Part shown: in pieces, positions 1 through 13,376 of the stretch | Layout: each line of letters starts with the position of its first letter | Numbering within the stretch: the first letter of the stretch is position 1 | Assembly: GCA_964016885.1 (NCBI GenBank) | Contig: OZ024747.1 | Coordinates: 61,380,001 to 61,444,000 of the forward strand | DNA length: 64,000 nt | Source of the DNA: Eledone cirrhosa | Lineage: Eukaryota | Direction: 5' to 3' | Program-made: the position numbers and the translations under genes | Notes under the pieces: model-generated | Seen by the model: only the letters and a program-made list of their open reading frames with translations | Databases searched by the model: none | Told to the model about the DNA's origin: nothing

Positions 1-430
1 GTGTGTTGCTGGATGTACCAGTGTGTTCCTGGATGTGCCTCCTATGTGTTCCTGGATGTGCCTCCTGTGTGTTGGTGGATGTACCTGTGTGTTCCTGGAT
101 GTACCTGTGGTGTGTTCCTGTGTGTTGGTGGATGTACCAGTGTGTTGCTGGATGTGCCTGTGGTGTGTTCCTGTGTGTTCCTGTGTGTTCCAGAGTATTC
201 CAGAGTGTTCCTGTGTGTTCCTGGATGTGCCTGTGGTGTGTTCCTGTGTGTTCCTGTGTGTTCCAGAGTATTCCAGAGTGTTCCTGTGTGTTGCTGGATG
301 TACCTGTGTGTTCCTGGATGTGCCTGTGTGTGCCTCTCTGTTCCTGGATATGCCTATGTATGTCTGTATGTTCCAGAATGTGCCTGTGTGTTCCTGTGTA
401 TTCCTGTGTGTGTCTGTGTGTTCCTGTATG
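1..430. repeat. Degenerate GT-rich minisatellite (GTGTGTTCCTGGAT-like units), truncated by window edge
   Basis: Recurrent gtgtgttcct / ggatgtgcct motifs; all three frames open only because of repeat composition. Confidence 0.85.
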
Positions 431-577
431 TATGTATGTAGGGAGGTGGATATCTAATATTAAAATATATGAGAATGGAGAAATTTTGTATTGGGGAACA
501 TTTTATATCTTGATTCCACATCTTGTCTGAAATATCTAATTTGGGATTATTCTACACACCCATACACTACACTATAT

Positions 578-608
<31 letters not shown>

Positions 609-679
609 CCATATAAGCATTAACAAGTGTGTTAATGTGTATGGGTGTATAATAGGCAAACCCATTGATTATATATATT

Positions 680-713
<34 letters not shown>

Positions 714-1011
714 TAAATACGTACACATGCACGAGCACACATTTAGACATATATATATAAAAACACAGCACAAACTTTCAAATGTGTAAATGTGATTTTG
801 TATGTGTGATATATATATATATATATGTGTGCGCGTTGTGCGTATGTGAGAGAGAGAGAGAGAGAGAGCAAAAGCATGCTTTTCAAAACGTAATATTTCT
901 TGACAGAAATACTTTAAAAATTCTATTTGTCAAATAAAATTACATACAAGAAAATATAAAGTATAAAAATTATATTTTTTTGATAATTTTAAAGCCATTC
1001 TTAAATTTTAA

Positions 1012-1072
<61 letters not shown>

Positions 1073-1145
1073 ATAATTATATATATATATATATTATTAT
1101 AATTATATATATATATATATTATTATAATTATATATATATATATA

Positions 1146-1182
<37 letters not shown>

Positions 1183-1773
1183 GTACGTTTATATGCGTGC
1201 TTATGTATTTGTGTGTGCATATCTTTGTATATATGCACACTCACACAAATAATATATACACAGATATATGCTCGCATATAATATATAAAACTAAATTATT
1301 ATCACTACTACTACTAATGCTACTATGACTACGACTACGACTACTACGACTACTACTACTCATATTATTACAAGAAGTTTGTTCTTGTTTTGTCATATTT
1401 TCTGCTTCTTGCAGCTCGGGGAAGAAAATTATTTCACTGCAATAAGCAGCTTAAAATTTTTGTTTTCCAAATTTTCATTTCGATTTCAAAATATAAGGAA
1501 TCATGTCAGATTTTTGGTCATTTCATGAAGAATCTTCTTTGTTTCGTTGTTTATTAGCATTTTTAAGAGGAGGATAAAGGGGGAGGGAGGAGGTGTTCAG
1601 CTATATATTTTTCCTGTTTTTGTATTTTGGGATATATATACAGATATATATATATATGTATATGTACATGTGTGTGTGTATTTGTGTATGTGTTTTTTAT
1701 ATAAAATATTTCCACATTTAATATAGACAAACACAGTCTCTCTCTCTCTCTTTATTTCACACACACAAATATG

Positions 1774-1813
<40 letters not shown>

Positions 1814-2666
1814 TAACTGGCTAAATGAACAACTGTAATAATCTGTTAAAAATGAAAATAAAATAAATTAAAATAAAATTAAAATAAATTGAAAAGTAAG
1901 AGTTTAATAAGAGGTTAATGTTACACATTTTAGAAAAATAAAATAGAAAATTTACCAACATTCAGGATTATCCAAACAGCTTTATGCCTCAGAGGAAGCA
2001 GAAATAACAATAAAAACAGTATTTCAAAAAATTAATAGAAAACAAGAAAACAATAAATAAATTAATATAAAATAAAAATTATAAAGAAAAACAATAAATA
2101 AATAATTATAATAAAAATTATGAAAAAAAACAATAGATAAATTAATAAAAATTATGTAAAAAAAACAATAAATAAATAATAAAAGTTATGTAAAAAAAAC
2201 AATAGATAAATTAATAAAAATTATGTAAAAAACAATAACTAAATAAATAAATAAATATATAATAAAAATTATGAAAAAAAACAATAAATAAATATATAGT
2301 AAAAATTATGAAAGAACAAAAAAAATATATATAATAAAAATTATGAAAAAAAAAAGAAAAGTTGGTTACACAAAAGTACATTCCTTCTGGACAACAACAA
2401 AAAAAAAAGTTTTGGTGAAATAAATGTTCATGTTTTCAAAATCTTAAAGTTCAACTTCTAATGTGCCTTAAGGATTGTGGTGAACACCATAGAAGAAAAA
2501 CAAACAAAACTCACGTCTTTAGTATTTCAGCTAATGCAACATGTGGCTTGTATTACCTGGGTTTGGAGAAAAATAAATGGACATAATTATTATCATCATC
2601 ATCAACATTATCAGCCTTACCATCACCATGTCCATTTTGTTTTTTGTTCATGATGGTTTCATTTAA

Positions 2667-3175
2667 CCCTTTAGCATTCAAACCAGCTGTTATTGGCCAC
2701 TCATACTGATGTTATGGTATTGTTTTGAAAATAAACAATATCAAAATCTCATAGATTTGATACTATGTGAGATAATTATGTGAGATAAAGCCTTTACCAT
2801 GAAAATACAACAGTATATATAGATTAATGTAAATGCTAAAGGATTAACCTTTTAGCATTCAAACCAGCTTTAACTGATGTTATGGTATTGTTTTGAAAAT
2901 AAACAATATCAAAATCTCATAGATTTGATACTATGTGAGATAATTATGTGAGATAAAGCCTTTACCGTGAAAATATAATAGTATATATAATGTAAATGCT
3001 AAATTCTTTCACATCTTTCTATTCAAACCTGTTGTAACTGGCTGCTCATACTGAAGTTAAGGTATTGTTTTCAAAATAAATAATATCAAAATCTCATAGA
3101 TTTGATACTATGTGAGATAAAGCCTTTACCATGAAAATATAATAGTAAATATAGATTAATGTAAATGCTAAAGGG
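2667..3175. mobile_element. Three tandem, partly deleted copies of a piggyBac-type MITE
   Basis: TTAA|CCCTTTAGCATT ... AATGCTAAAGGG|TTAA termini; body shared with copies at 12279, 36851, 42743, 47732, 61409. Confidence 0.8.
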
Positions 3176-3265
3176 TTAAAAAGAGTTTTTGAGACAGTAA
3201 CCTATGGCCGGATGTCTTTCTTGATGCCAGATTTCATTTGGGTTTTCTTAATAAATAAATAATGT

Positions 3266-4050
3266 TTGGTTCTCCACAACACTAATATCAAGAAGTCTTC
3301 TTGTGAACGTGACCTGGGCATTACGGTCAGCAGCGATTTGCATTGGACGAAGCACGTCTCTAAAATTGTCAAGAAGGCCGAGGGTGTCTTAGCATCACTC
3401 AGTAAGACCTTTGTCAGCCGCTCTCCAGCTATCTATTTAAAGCTGTATATAGCTATGGTGCGGCCACACTTAGAATTTGCATCACCAGTCTGGAACCCCT
3501 ATCTTGCTCAGAACCTGGAAACTGTTCAGAGACGTGCAACCAAGCGAATACCCTCCATCAGGCATCTACCATACTCTGAATGCCTTGCTTCCCTGGGCAT
3601 GGATACATTGAAGCTCCGACGTCTGGCAACTGACTTGGTAAACAACCACAAAATTATTAACCATCTTGCCAACAACAACCTTTTTGATTTCCATGTATCT
3701 AACACACGTGGGCATGCTTACAAAGTCAGAAAACAGCACAGTTCCCATGACTTTCGGAAACATTTTTTTCACGCTCAGAGTTGCTGAAGCATGGAACAAA
3801 CTACCTGCATCAGTAGTTAGCTGTCGAGACACTGCATCCTTTAAAACTTCCATGCTTCCTGAGATTCGCCAACACTACACTTAATATTCCTCCTCCATAC
3901 ACATACACACATGTATATCATGACTCATACATTATTCACTTTCCTGACATTTGTATATTATTCTATGTACTATACATGCACCTTTGACGAGTTGTAGTAC
4001 ACCTGAGCACTTTGCACAATAATTTCATTATTATTATATTATTATTATTA
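3266..4050 (+). mobile_element. 5'-truncated CR1/L2-group LINE: C-terminal RT region (frameshifted) plus 3' UTR and (ATT)n tail
   Basis: ERDLGITVSSDLHW..KKA..LYIAMVRPHLEFASPVWNPY..LETVQRRATK, then FFTLRVAEAWNKLPASVV in a second frame; ends in attattatta. Confidence 0.9.
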
Positions 4051-4525
4051 TATCTAACTACCAAACAGCAGGATTCCTGTTTACACAGAACATAAATAAA
4101 TACTCACATACACTTACAAACACATACACACATATATATATACACATACAAACACACATATACATACAAACACACATGCACATATGTGCACTTACATACA
4201 CATACATACATATATGATCCATACTCACACATACATATACATACACACATACCTGCAAGGAAATGGAGAGAGAGATAGAGAGAATGAGACGAGAAAAAAA
4301 ACTACAGACAGATAACGTTAAAGAGAGACAGACAAATGTGGCTCGTGGCCATGACAGATGGAGAAGACTAGTGTACAACATGTCACAATGGCGCCTCTGG
4401 GATCCCATCATGAGTTGAGAATCTGTGACACAATACATACATAGATATGATGGGCTCCTTTACAGTTCCTATCTACCAAATTCTCTCACAAGACATTGAT
4501 TGGCCCGAGGCTGTATTACATATAT

Positions 4526-4704
4526 TGGCAGTATCGGTAGAGGGTCGGACGCCATGCTTTGTAGCATAGAGTTACGCCCCTTTACGGTCTGAGTTCAAAT
4601 CCCGCCGAGGTTAACTTTGCCTTTCCTCCTCATGGGGGTCGATAAAATAAAGTACCAGTAATACACTGGGTAATTGCTGGCCTTGTGCCAAAGGTAGAAA
4701 TAAT
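4526..4704 (+). mobile_element. tRNA-derived SINE with Deu/Nin-like central domain
   Basis: A-box TGGCAGTATCGG, B-box GAGTTCAAATCC, then GCCTTTC.TCCT...GGGGTCGATAAAATAAAGTACCAG; five further copies in window. Confidence 0.75.
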
Positions 4705-4809
4705 TATATATATATACAAGTAAATAAATAAGTAAATAAGTGTTGATGTTCTCTCTCTTTCACTTACTATCTCCGTCTCTCTCACTCTCCCTATCTCTCG
4801 CTATTATAA

Positions 4810-4913
4810 GAAAATGGGGGCCCATGCGCTGGCAACCCCGCAGCCACAGTGAACAGAATAGAGAAGGCGTTTCCCTGGAGGATAGTGAGGGAGATGCATT
4901 AGAAGAGCCATTC
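4810..4913 (-). mobile_element. 3' end fragment of CRE-type (RLE) non-LTR retrotransposon
   Basis: Minus strand reads EWLF*CISLTILQGNAFSILF, matching the LFQRxSxAIxRGNA motif; homologous to 14690-14795. Confidence 0.75.
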
Positions 4914-5075
4914 TAGATAACACTTGCCCAAAGTGAATTACAGTAGAATATAAAAACCACCAGATGTTAACAATTGAATAAGATTTTTAATTCGGCAATG
5001 AAGAATATGCAAATACTCCCATGATCCTTTGTAGTCACAGCAAAGCATGCAAACACCACACCGTTACTACAGTTA

Positions 5076-5626
5076 CGAGGGGGCTTCAATAAGTTCGTGA
5101 GAAAAGGACAGTTGGAAAAAATTGGTTTAAGTTATGATGTATATTGTCAATATATGACCCATCTACGTCAATACAATACACTTCTGCAAATGTTGATACC
5201 AGCCTTTAAGTCCATCTGTGTAAAACCTAGGGCCGTGCGATTTAAACCATGCCAAGGCAGCTTTTTTTACATCTTCAACTGGGGATCATCTTCAACTTCA
5301 TCTCTTCCACTTCTAAAACGACATCCATTTGTAGATTGTTGATTTCTTTGGGGCACTGTCTCCATAAACTTGCTCCACAGTGTCAATGATTTGGCTGCTC
5401 TTCCACCCTAGCTTCACCATGAATTTGATGTTTTGATGGAGGCCATGCTGCTCAAGCAAGTACTGACTTCCGACTTGCAGCACCTCATTGCAACATGTAT
5501 TTAAGGTTTCATGCTAGAACATGTTATGACACATTAGTATGAGAACGGACAAATGCATTTCAATCAACATCTCTGCATATGATTTTTAGTTATATACTTT
5601 TTCCACAAACCTTTTGAAGCCCCTCA
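5076..5626 (-). mobile_element. Internally deleted mariner transposon (Hsmar2/irritans-like)
   Basis: TIRs TA|CGAGGGGGCTTCAATAAGTTCGTG and CACAAACCTTTTGAAGCCCCTCA; minus strand gives IKFMVKLGWKSSQIIDTVEQVYGDSA..STIYKW..FRSGRDEVEDDP fused to DVKKAALAWFKSHGPRFYTDGLKGWYQHLQKCI. Confidence 0.85.
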
Positions 5627-6087
5627 TGTTTATATTATGAATTTGGGGTTGTAAAGGTCTAAACAATGATAATAAAGCATGGAATGTTATTGTCTTAGAC
5701 CAAACATAGAAGATTAATAAATCCTTAATATAAAAACAAAAGCCCAGAACAGACCAGAATACAATCACGTTTTTAATATATCATTTGAAACACAAATTGT
5801 TCTTCTCCTTATCTACACATATATAACTGTGTAGTGTCTGTGTGTGTATTTGCAGCTGTGTATGTGTGCATGTGTGTATGTGTGTGCATATTGTGAATGT
5901 GTGTATGTGTGTGTGCATATGTGTGAGTGTGTGTGTGCATGCGTACGGCTGCGTGCATGTGTGCGTGTACAGGTGTGTGTGTGCCTGTCCATGTATGTGT
6001 GTCTGTGCATATGTGTGTGTCTGTGCATGTGTGTGTGTCTGTGCATTATTGTGCGTGTGTGTGCCTTTGCATGTGTGTGGCTGTGTG

Positions 6088-6124
<37 letters not shown>

Positions 6125-6205
6125 GTATGTGCGTCTGTGCATGTGTGTGTGTCTGTGTGTGTGTCTGTGCATGTGTGTGTGTGTGTGGATGAGTGTGTGC
6201 CTGTG

Positions 6206-6241
<36 letters not shown>

Positions 6242-6402
6242 CATGTGTGTGTGTATACACGTGTGTGAGAGATTAACATTTCACTTCCTTGTACATGTTG
6301 CAGTAAGAAGCTGAGAAAGATGGAGCCCGCTACGGCGGCAGGAGAACAGCTTTATATCTGGCATTCCAAACAAACATCGAAATACTGAGGTAATAAAAGA
6401 AA

Positions 6403-6760
6403 CATCATCATCAACATCATCAACATCATCATCATCATTTTACGTCCACTTTTCCCTGCTTGCAAGGGTGGGACGGGAACGGAGTCTGGCTTGATTTCTA
6501 CAGCTGGATGCCCTTCCTAACATCAACCTCATTTACAGTGAGTGCTGGGTGCTTTTTTACTGTGGCACCTCCACGACCACTTTACAGTGGAATGATAGGG
6601 ACCCCAGTCCCTATCATCTCATTTCTACAGCTGAGTAAACTGGAGCAATGTGAAATAAAGTGTCTTGCTCAAGGAAACAACACATCACCCGGTCTGAGAA
6701 TTGAACTCACAACCTTTCGATTGCAAGGCCAATGCTCTAACCACTAAGCCATGTGCCTCC
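6403..6760 (-). mobile_element. Full-length tRNA-derived CORE-type SINE (family S1) with (ATG)n tail
   Basis: Reverse complement of 23034-23373; A-box, B-box, CCTTGAGCAAGACACTTTA core. Confidence 0.9.
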
Positions 6761-6804
6761 AAACAATAACAATTATTTTATTAAATAAAAAACAAAAAAT
6801 GGTT

Positions 6805-6997
6805 TCTGATATAAGCAAAAGGCTAGTAGTTTTTTTTTTTAAATCTACCCCAGTGCATTACTGGTGCTTTATTTTGTCAACCCCATCAGGATGAAAGGCA
6901 GGGCTAACCTAGGCAGGATTTGAACTCAGAACGTAAAGGAAAGTAACTCTATGCTGCAAAGCATGGCATCCGACCCTCTACTGATATTGCCAATCCA
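6805..6997 (-). mobile_element. Deu/Nin-like SINE copy
   Basis: Reverse complement of the 4526-4704 family. Confidence 0.7.
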
Positions 6998-7002
6998 GTA
7001 GT

Positions 7003-7325
7003 AATGATGATGATGATGATTATAGTGATGATGATAATGGTGATGGTGAAGATGGTGATGGTGATAATGGTAGTGCTGATGTTGGTGATGGTGATGATGG
7101 TGATGGTGATGACAATGATGATGATGATGGTAATGATAGTGATTGTGATAGTGACAATGATGATGATGGTGAAGATAGTGATGATGATGGTGATGATGGT
7201 GAAGGTGGTAATGGTGATAATGGTAGTGCTGGTGTTGGTGATGGTGAAGATGGTGATGGTGATGGTGAAGATGGTGATGGTGAAGGTGGTGATGGTGAAG
7301 ATGGTGATGGTCCTGAGGATAATAA
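7003..7325. repeat. (ATG/GTG)n trinucleotide microsatellite
   Basis: Direct reading. Confidence 0.9.
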
Positions 7326-7448
7326 TGAAATGGATTTAGAAAAAAAACACCGTCGTTTAATGGAGATATTTGGTGCCAGATTGGCTAAATGGCCATCAAA
7401 CAGATAATGTTAAAATTGGAAATGAAAGATGGCTGTGATGGAGTCAAT

Positions 7449-10400
7449 TGACTGTGTAGAGTGACTGTGTAGAGTGACTGTGTAGAGTGGCTGTGTAGAG
7501 TGGCTGTGTAGAGTGACTGTGTAGAGTGGCTGTGTAGAGTGACTGTGTAGAGTGGCTGTGTAGAGTGGCTGTGTAGAGTGGCTGTGTAGAGTGGCTGTGT
7601 AGAGTGGCTGTGTAGAGTGGCTGTGTAGAGTGGCTGTGTAGAGTGGCTGTGTAGAGTGGCTGTGTAGAGTGGCTGTGTAGAGTGGCTGTGTAGAGTGGCT
7701 GTGTAGAGTGGCTGTGTAGAGTGGCTGTGTAGAGTGACTGTGTAGAGTGGCTGTGTAGAGTGGCTGTGTAGAGTGGCTGTGTAGAGTGGCTGTGTAGAGT
7801 GGCTGTGTAGAGTGACTGTGTAGAGTGGCTGTGTAGAGTGACTGTGTAGAGTGGCTGTGTAGAGTGGCTGTGTAGAGTGGCTGTGTAGAGTGGCTGTGTA
7901 GAGTGGCTGTGTAGAGTGGCTGTGTAGAGTGGCTGTGTAGAGTGACTGTGTAGAGTGGCTGTGTAGAGTGACTGTGTAGAGTGGCTGTGTAGAGTGGCTG
8001 TGTAGAGTGGCTGTATATAGTGACTGTAGAGTGACTGTGTAGAGTGGCTGTGTAGAGTGACTGTGTAGAGTGACTGTGTAGAGTGGCTGTGTAGAGTGGC
8101 TGTGTAGAGTGACTGTGTAGAGTGACTGTGTAGAGTGGCTGTGTAGAGTGGCTGTATAGAGTGACTGTAGAGTGACTGTGTAGAGTGGCTGTGTAGAGTG
8201 GCTGTGTAGAGTGACTGTGTAGAGTGGCTGTGTAGAGTGGCTGTATATAGTGACTGTGTAGAGTGACTGTGTAGAGTGACTGTGTAGAGTGGCTGTGTAG
8301 AGTGGCTGTGTAGAGTGACTGTGTAGAGTAACTGTGTAGAGTGGCTGTATATAGTGACTGTAGAGTGACTGTGTAGAGTGGCTGTGTAGAGTGGCTGTGT
8401 AGAGTGACTGTGTAGAGTGGCTGTATATAGTGACTGTAGAGTGACTGTGTAGAGTGGCTGTGTAGAGTGACTGTGTAGAGTGGCTGTGTAGAGTGGCTGT
8501 GTAGAGTGACTGTGTAGAGTGGCTGTGTAGAGTGACTGTGTAGAGTGGCTGTGTAGAGTGACTGTGTAGAGTGGCTGTGTAGAGTGGCTGTGTAGAGTGA
8601 CTGTGTAGAGTGGCTGTGTAGAGTGGCTGTGTAGAGTGACTGTGTAGAGTGGCTGTGTAGAGTGGCTGTATAGAGTGACTGTAGAGTGACTGTGTAGAGT
8701 GGCTGTGTAGAGTGGCTGTGTAGAGTGACTGTGTAGAGTGGCTGTGTAGAGTGGCTGTATATAGTGACTGTGTAGAGTGACTGTGTAGAGTGGCTGTGTA
8801 GAGTGGCTGTGTAGAGTGGCTGTGTAGAGTGACTGTGTAGAGTAACTGTGTAGAGTGGCTGTATATAGTGACTGTAGAGTGACTGTGTAGAGTGGCTGTG
8901 TAGAGTGGCTGTGTAGAGTGACTGTGTAGAGTGGCTGTATATAGTGACTGTAGAGTGACTGTGTAGAGTGACTGTGTAGAGTGGCTGTGTAGAGTGGCTG
9001 TGTAGAGTGACTGTGTAGAGTGGCTGTGTAGAGTGGCTGTATATAGTGACTGTGTAGAGTGACTGTGTAGAGTGACTGTGTAGAGTGGCTGTGTAGAGTG
9101 GCTGTGTAGAGTGACTGTGTAGAGTGGCTGTGTAGAGTGACTGTGTAGAGTGGCTGTGTAGAGTGGCTGTGTAGAGTGACTGTGTAGAGTGGCTGTGTAC
9201 AGTGGCTGTGTAGAGTGGCTGTGTAGAGTGGCTGTGTAGAGTGACTGTGTAGAGTGACTGTGTAGAGTGGCTGTGTAGAGTGACTGTGTAGAGTGACTGT
9301 GTAGAGTGACTGTGTAGAGTGGCTGTGTAGAGTGGCTGTATATAGTGACTGTAGAGTGACTGTGTAGAGTGGCTGTGTAGAGTGACTGTGTAGAGTGACT
9401 GTGTAGAGTGGCTGTGTAGAGTGGCTGTGTAGAGTGACTGTGTAGAGTGACTGTGTAGAGTGACTGTGTAGAGTGGCTGTGTAGAGTGACTGTGTAGAGT
9501 GGCTGTGTAGAGTGACTGTGTAGAGTGACTGTGTAGAGTGACTGTGTAGAGTGGCTGTGTAGAGTGACTGTGTAGAGTGGCTGTGTAGAGTGACTGTGTA
9601 GAGTGACTGTGTAGAGTGGCTGTGTAGAGTGGCTGTGTAGAGTGGCTGTGTAGAGTGACTGTGTAGAGTGACTGTGTAGAGTGGCTGTGTAGAGTGGCTG
9701 TGTAGAGTGACTGTGTAGAGTGACTGTGTAGAGTGGCTGTGTAGAGTGGCTGTATATAGTGACTGTAGAGTGACTGTGTAGAGTGGCTGTGTAGAGTGGC
9801 TGTGTAGAGTGACTGTGTAGAGTGGCTGTGTAGAGTGGCTGTGTAGAGTGGCTGTGTAGAGTGGCTGTGTAGAGTGACTGTGTAGAGTGACTGTGTAGAG
9901 TGGCTGTGTAGAGTGGCTGTGTAGAGTGACTGTGTAGAGTGACTGTGTAGAGTGGCTGTGTAGAGTGGCTGTGTAGAGTGGCTGTGTAGAGTGGCTGTGT
10001 AGAGTGGCTGTGTAGAGTGGCTGTGTAGAGTGACTGTGTAGAGTGGCTGTGTAGAGTGGCTGTGTAGAGTGGCTGTGTAGAGTGGCTGTGTAGAGTGGCT
10101 GTGTAGAGTGGCTGTGTAGAGTGACTGTGTAGAGTGGCTGTGTAGAGTGGCTGTGTAGAGTGGCTGTGTAGAGTGGCTGTGTAGAGTGGCTGTGTAGAGT
10201 GGCTGTGTAGAGTGACTGTGTAGAGTGACTGTAGAGTGACTGTAGAGTGGCTGTGTAGAGTGGCTGTGTAGAGTGGCTGTGTAGAGTGACTGTGTAGAGT
10301 GACTGTGTAGAGTGACTGTGTAGAGTGGCTGTGTAGAGTGGCTGTGTAGAGTGACTGTGTAGAGTGACTGTGTAGAGTGGCTGTGTAGAGTGGCTGTGTA

Positions 10401-10817
10401 GAGTGACTGTGTAGAGTTGCTGTGTAGAGTGGCTGTGTAGAGTGACTGTGTAGAGTGGCTGTGTAGAGTGGCTGTGTAGAGTGGCTGTGTAGAGTGGCTG
10501 TGTAGAGTGACTGTGTAGAGTGACTGTGTAGAGTGGCTGTGTAGAGTGGCTGTGTAGAGTGGCTGTGTAGAGTGACTGTGTAGAGTTGCTGTGTAGAGTG
10601 GCTGTGTAGAGTGGCTGTGTAGAGTGGCTGTGTAGAGTGGCTGTGTAGAGTGACTGTGTAGAGTGGCTGTGTAGAGTGGCTGTGTAGAGAGACTGTAGAG
10701 TGGCTGTGTAGAGTGACTGTGTAGAGTGACTGTGTAGAGTGGCTGTGTAGAGTGGCTGTGTAGAGTGACTGTATATAGTGACTGTGTAGAGTGACTGTGT
10801 AGAGTGGCTGTGTAGAG
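7449..10817. repeat. 13-bp minisatellite CTGTGTAGAGTG(G/A), about 260 copies
   Basis: Direct reading; 13-aa periodicity of the spurious ORF equals 3 units. Confidence 0.97.
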
Positions 10818-11378
10818 AAGAAGAGAAGCCAGGTTTAATGAGAAGCCAGCTGACATTAACCCTGGCTTCTCTTCTTCTTTCTTCCCCCTTCTTCTCTCTC
10901 CTTCCTTTCTTTCTTTCTTTTACCTTGTGTCATGGGATCGACGTTAACCTATGCTCCCATCCCTTTATGTTTTCGTTCATCTGACCGGTAGTAGCATACT
11001 ATAAAATTTAGCCACGTCACTCCAGGGCGACCGGCTGAGGTTGAAGGAACAGAATAGCAGTCGCCCTCGGGTCTCGATTTTCAGCCCCATGGATTTTACC
11101 TATTACATTCACGTATTATATTTCGAATACCTGATGATATCACCGGATTCACACGGAACCCGGTCATTGAAATGATCATAGTATAATAAACCTTTCAAGG
11201 ATTTACACAAATCCAGCCTCCTGTCATTTCATTATAATATTTAACTCCGTAATAGCACCACCAACTACAAAAACAAAGACGGTTGAACTGCTTTATGTTG
11301 AGTACTCTCTATATTATTGCATTACGATTGACCATACGGAATAGACCAGCTCTATACAGTGGTGAACCTCAAACCTGA

Positions 11379-11383
<5 letters not shown>
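10816..11383 (+). mobile_element. Penelope-like element 3' end (type A): 5' fold-back, pyrimidine tract, hammerhead, AATAAA, tail into (TA)n
   Basis: Inverted repeat AGAAGAAGAGAAGCCAGG/CCTGGCTTCTCTTCTTCT at 10816-10878; hammerhead at 11127-11184; AATAAA 11185-11190; ends at (TA)n. Confidence 0.7.
11127..11184 (+). ncRNA. Minimal type-I hammerhead ribozyme (type A)
   Basis: ATAC CTGATGA [stem II ACCGG/CCGGT] GAAA TGATCA TA GTAT; stem I ATAC/GTAT, palindromic helix III. Confidence 0.8.
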
Positions 11384-11410
<27 letters not shown>

Positions 11411-12278
11411 GCTGGTATATACATACTTTAGTCATTATCTACTGCACTGAAGAGACCATTTTCACTGCACATAACTCTCACTTGATGCACACTTATGCAC
11501 AATACCTTCCATATAGTAATGCAACTGCAGTCTATTTTAGAGCAATCCTGACAAACTGAAGCCACTTGTACACAGTTTCACATGGAGCTCATTAATGCAT
11601 ACACACACGCACGTACACACACACACGAACACACACACACACGAACACACACACACAAACATACACGTACACACACACACACAAACATACACACGTACAC
11701 ACACAAACACACACGCACAAACACACACACAGACACAAAAACACACACACGTACACACACACACACAAACACACACACAGACACACAAACACACACACGT
11801 ACACACACACACACGTACACATACATACATACTATGATCTAAATGTTGTTCTCTGTATATCAAAACCATAGATCTGGTGAGATATCAGATACAATACTGA
11901 CATAAAAAAACAGCCACCTAATCCTGTATGGTGGTAGTGCTGGTGTCACAACAAAAAGCACCTTTCCTACTGTATAAAGCGGTAGTGCTGATGCTATGAT
12001 AAAAAAAAATCGTCCAGTCCACCCTGGAAGATGTTAGTGCCAAAATGACAATAAAATACTCCCAGTGCACACTGAAAAGTGGTTGGTACTATGAAGGGCA
12101 TCCAGCTATAGGAATCAAGCCAAAAATGGATTCCCTTTGGGGCATTGTGTCCTTAAGCATGACACTTTACTTCACTTTGCTCCAATCCATTCATCTGGAA
12201 CAAATTACTCTCAGATCCCAAATAATATGGAGGGTTAGAATAAGTGTGTGTGTGTGGGGGGGGGGGGCATTTGCTTAA

Positions 12279-12525
12279 CCCTTTGGCATTTACATTATTC
12301 TATATTTACTATTGTATTTTCATCTCACATAATATATGAGAATTTGATATTATTTAAACGGAAAAAAATGAAACGATATTTCATTTCCCACTCTTAGTAC
12401 ATACTGATATTATTTATTTTGAGAACAATACCTTAACATAAGTATGAGTGGGCAGTTATGACTGGTTTGAACAGAAGGAGGTGAGAGAATTCTGGCCGGA
12501 TATGGCCAGTTTAAATGCTAAAGGG
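12279..12525. mobile_element. piggyBac-type MITE
   Basis: TTAA|CCCTTTGGCATT ... AATGCTAAAGGG|TTAA. Confidence 0.8.
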
Positions 12526-12626
12526 TTAAATTCTTATATGGGGTGGGAATTATAATTATATAGTGTACGTTTGTAAATATGGAAATGCTTGTAATGTTCT
12601 TTTTTTGTCAGATCTAATGTTTTGTA

Positions 12627-12950
12627 ATCATCATCATCATCATTTTACGTCCGCTTTTCCCTGCTTGCAAGGGTGGGACGGGAACTGATTTCTACAGCTG
12701 GATGCCCTTCCTAACACCAACCTCATTTACAGTGAGTGCTGGGTGCTTTTTTGCCGTGGCACCTCCACGACCACTTTGCAGTGGAATGATAGGGACCCCA
12801 GTCCCTATCATCTCATTTCTACAGCTGAGTAAACTGGAGCAATGTGAAATAAAGTGTCTTGCTCAAGGAAACAACACATCACCCGGTCTGAGAATTGAAC
12901 TCACAACCTTTTGATTGTAAGCCCAATGCTCTAACCACTAAGCCATGTGC
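12627..12950 (-). mobile_element. SINE family S1 copy
   Basis: Near-identical to 6403-6760. Confidence 0.9.
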
Positions 12951-13193
12951 TTAATGTAAAATAAAATAATTATTAGATTCTCAAGCGGCTGTATAGATAT
13001 AAATCACTTACAATAAAATTTCACCGGACATAGAATAGATTAACAAGATTTGATAAGTGGGGGATTGGTGGGGTGGGGAGGTTGGAAACATTCTGAAAAA
13101 TTAATAATCAGGACCAGTGGGGACAGGACAATTATTCAAGACCTGAGAGTTGTTGCATCTATAATTCATTCAAGAAGTAATTAGTATGTCATC

Positions 13194-13232
<39 letters not shown>

Positions 13233-13376
13233 AGAAGCCAACCGATCCATCTCTTTAAATAACTTTAAGTTTCAAATATAAGAAGGGAAATAAATAATTT
13301 TCTAACTAGATAATGAAGACAACCACAAGGATGTGGTCCGAACATGGACGAGCCGAACTCCCTGTCATCGCCTCCA

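Noticed and set aside
7410-10856. 1148-aa ORF (LYTATLHSHSTQP repeats)
   Set aside because: Translation of a 13-bp minisatellite lacking stops on one strand; not a credible protein
11024-11086. HDV-like ribozyme
   Set aside because: P1/P2-like topology present but P3/L3 consensus and the catalytic C in J4/2 are missing; kept only as a possible pseudoknot
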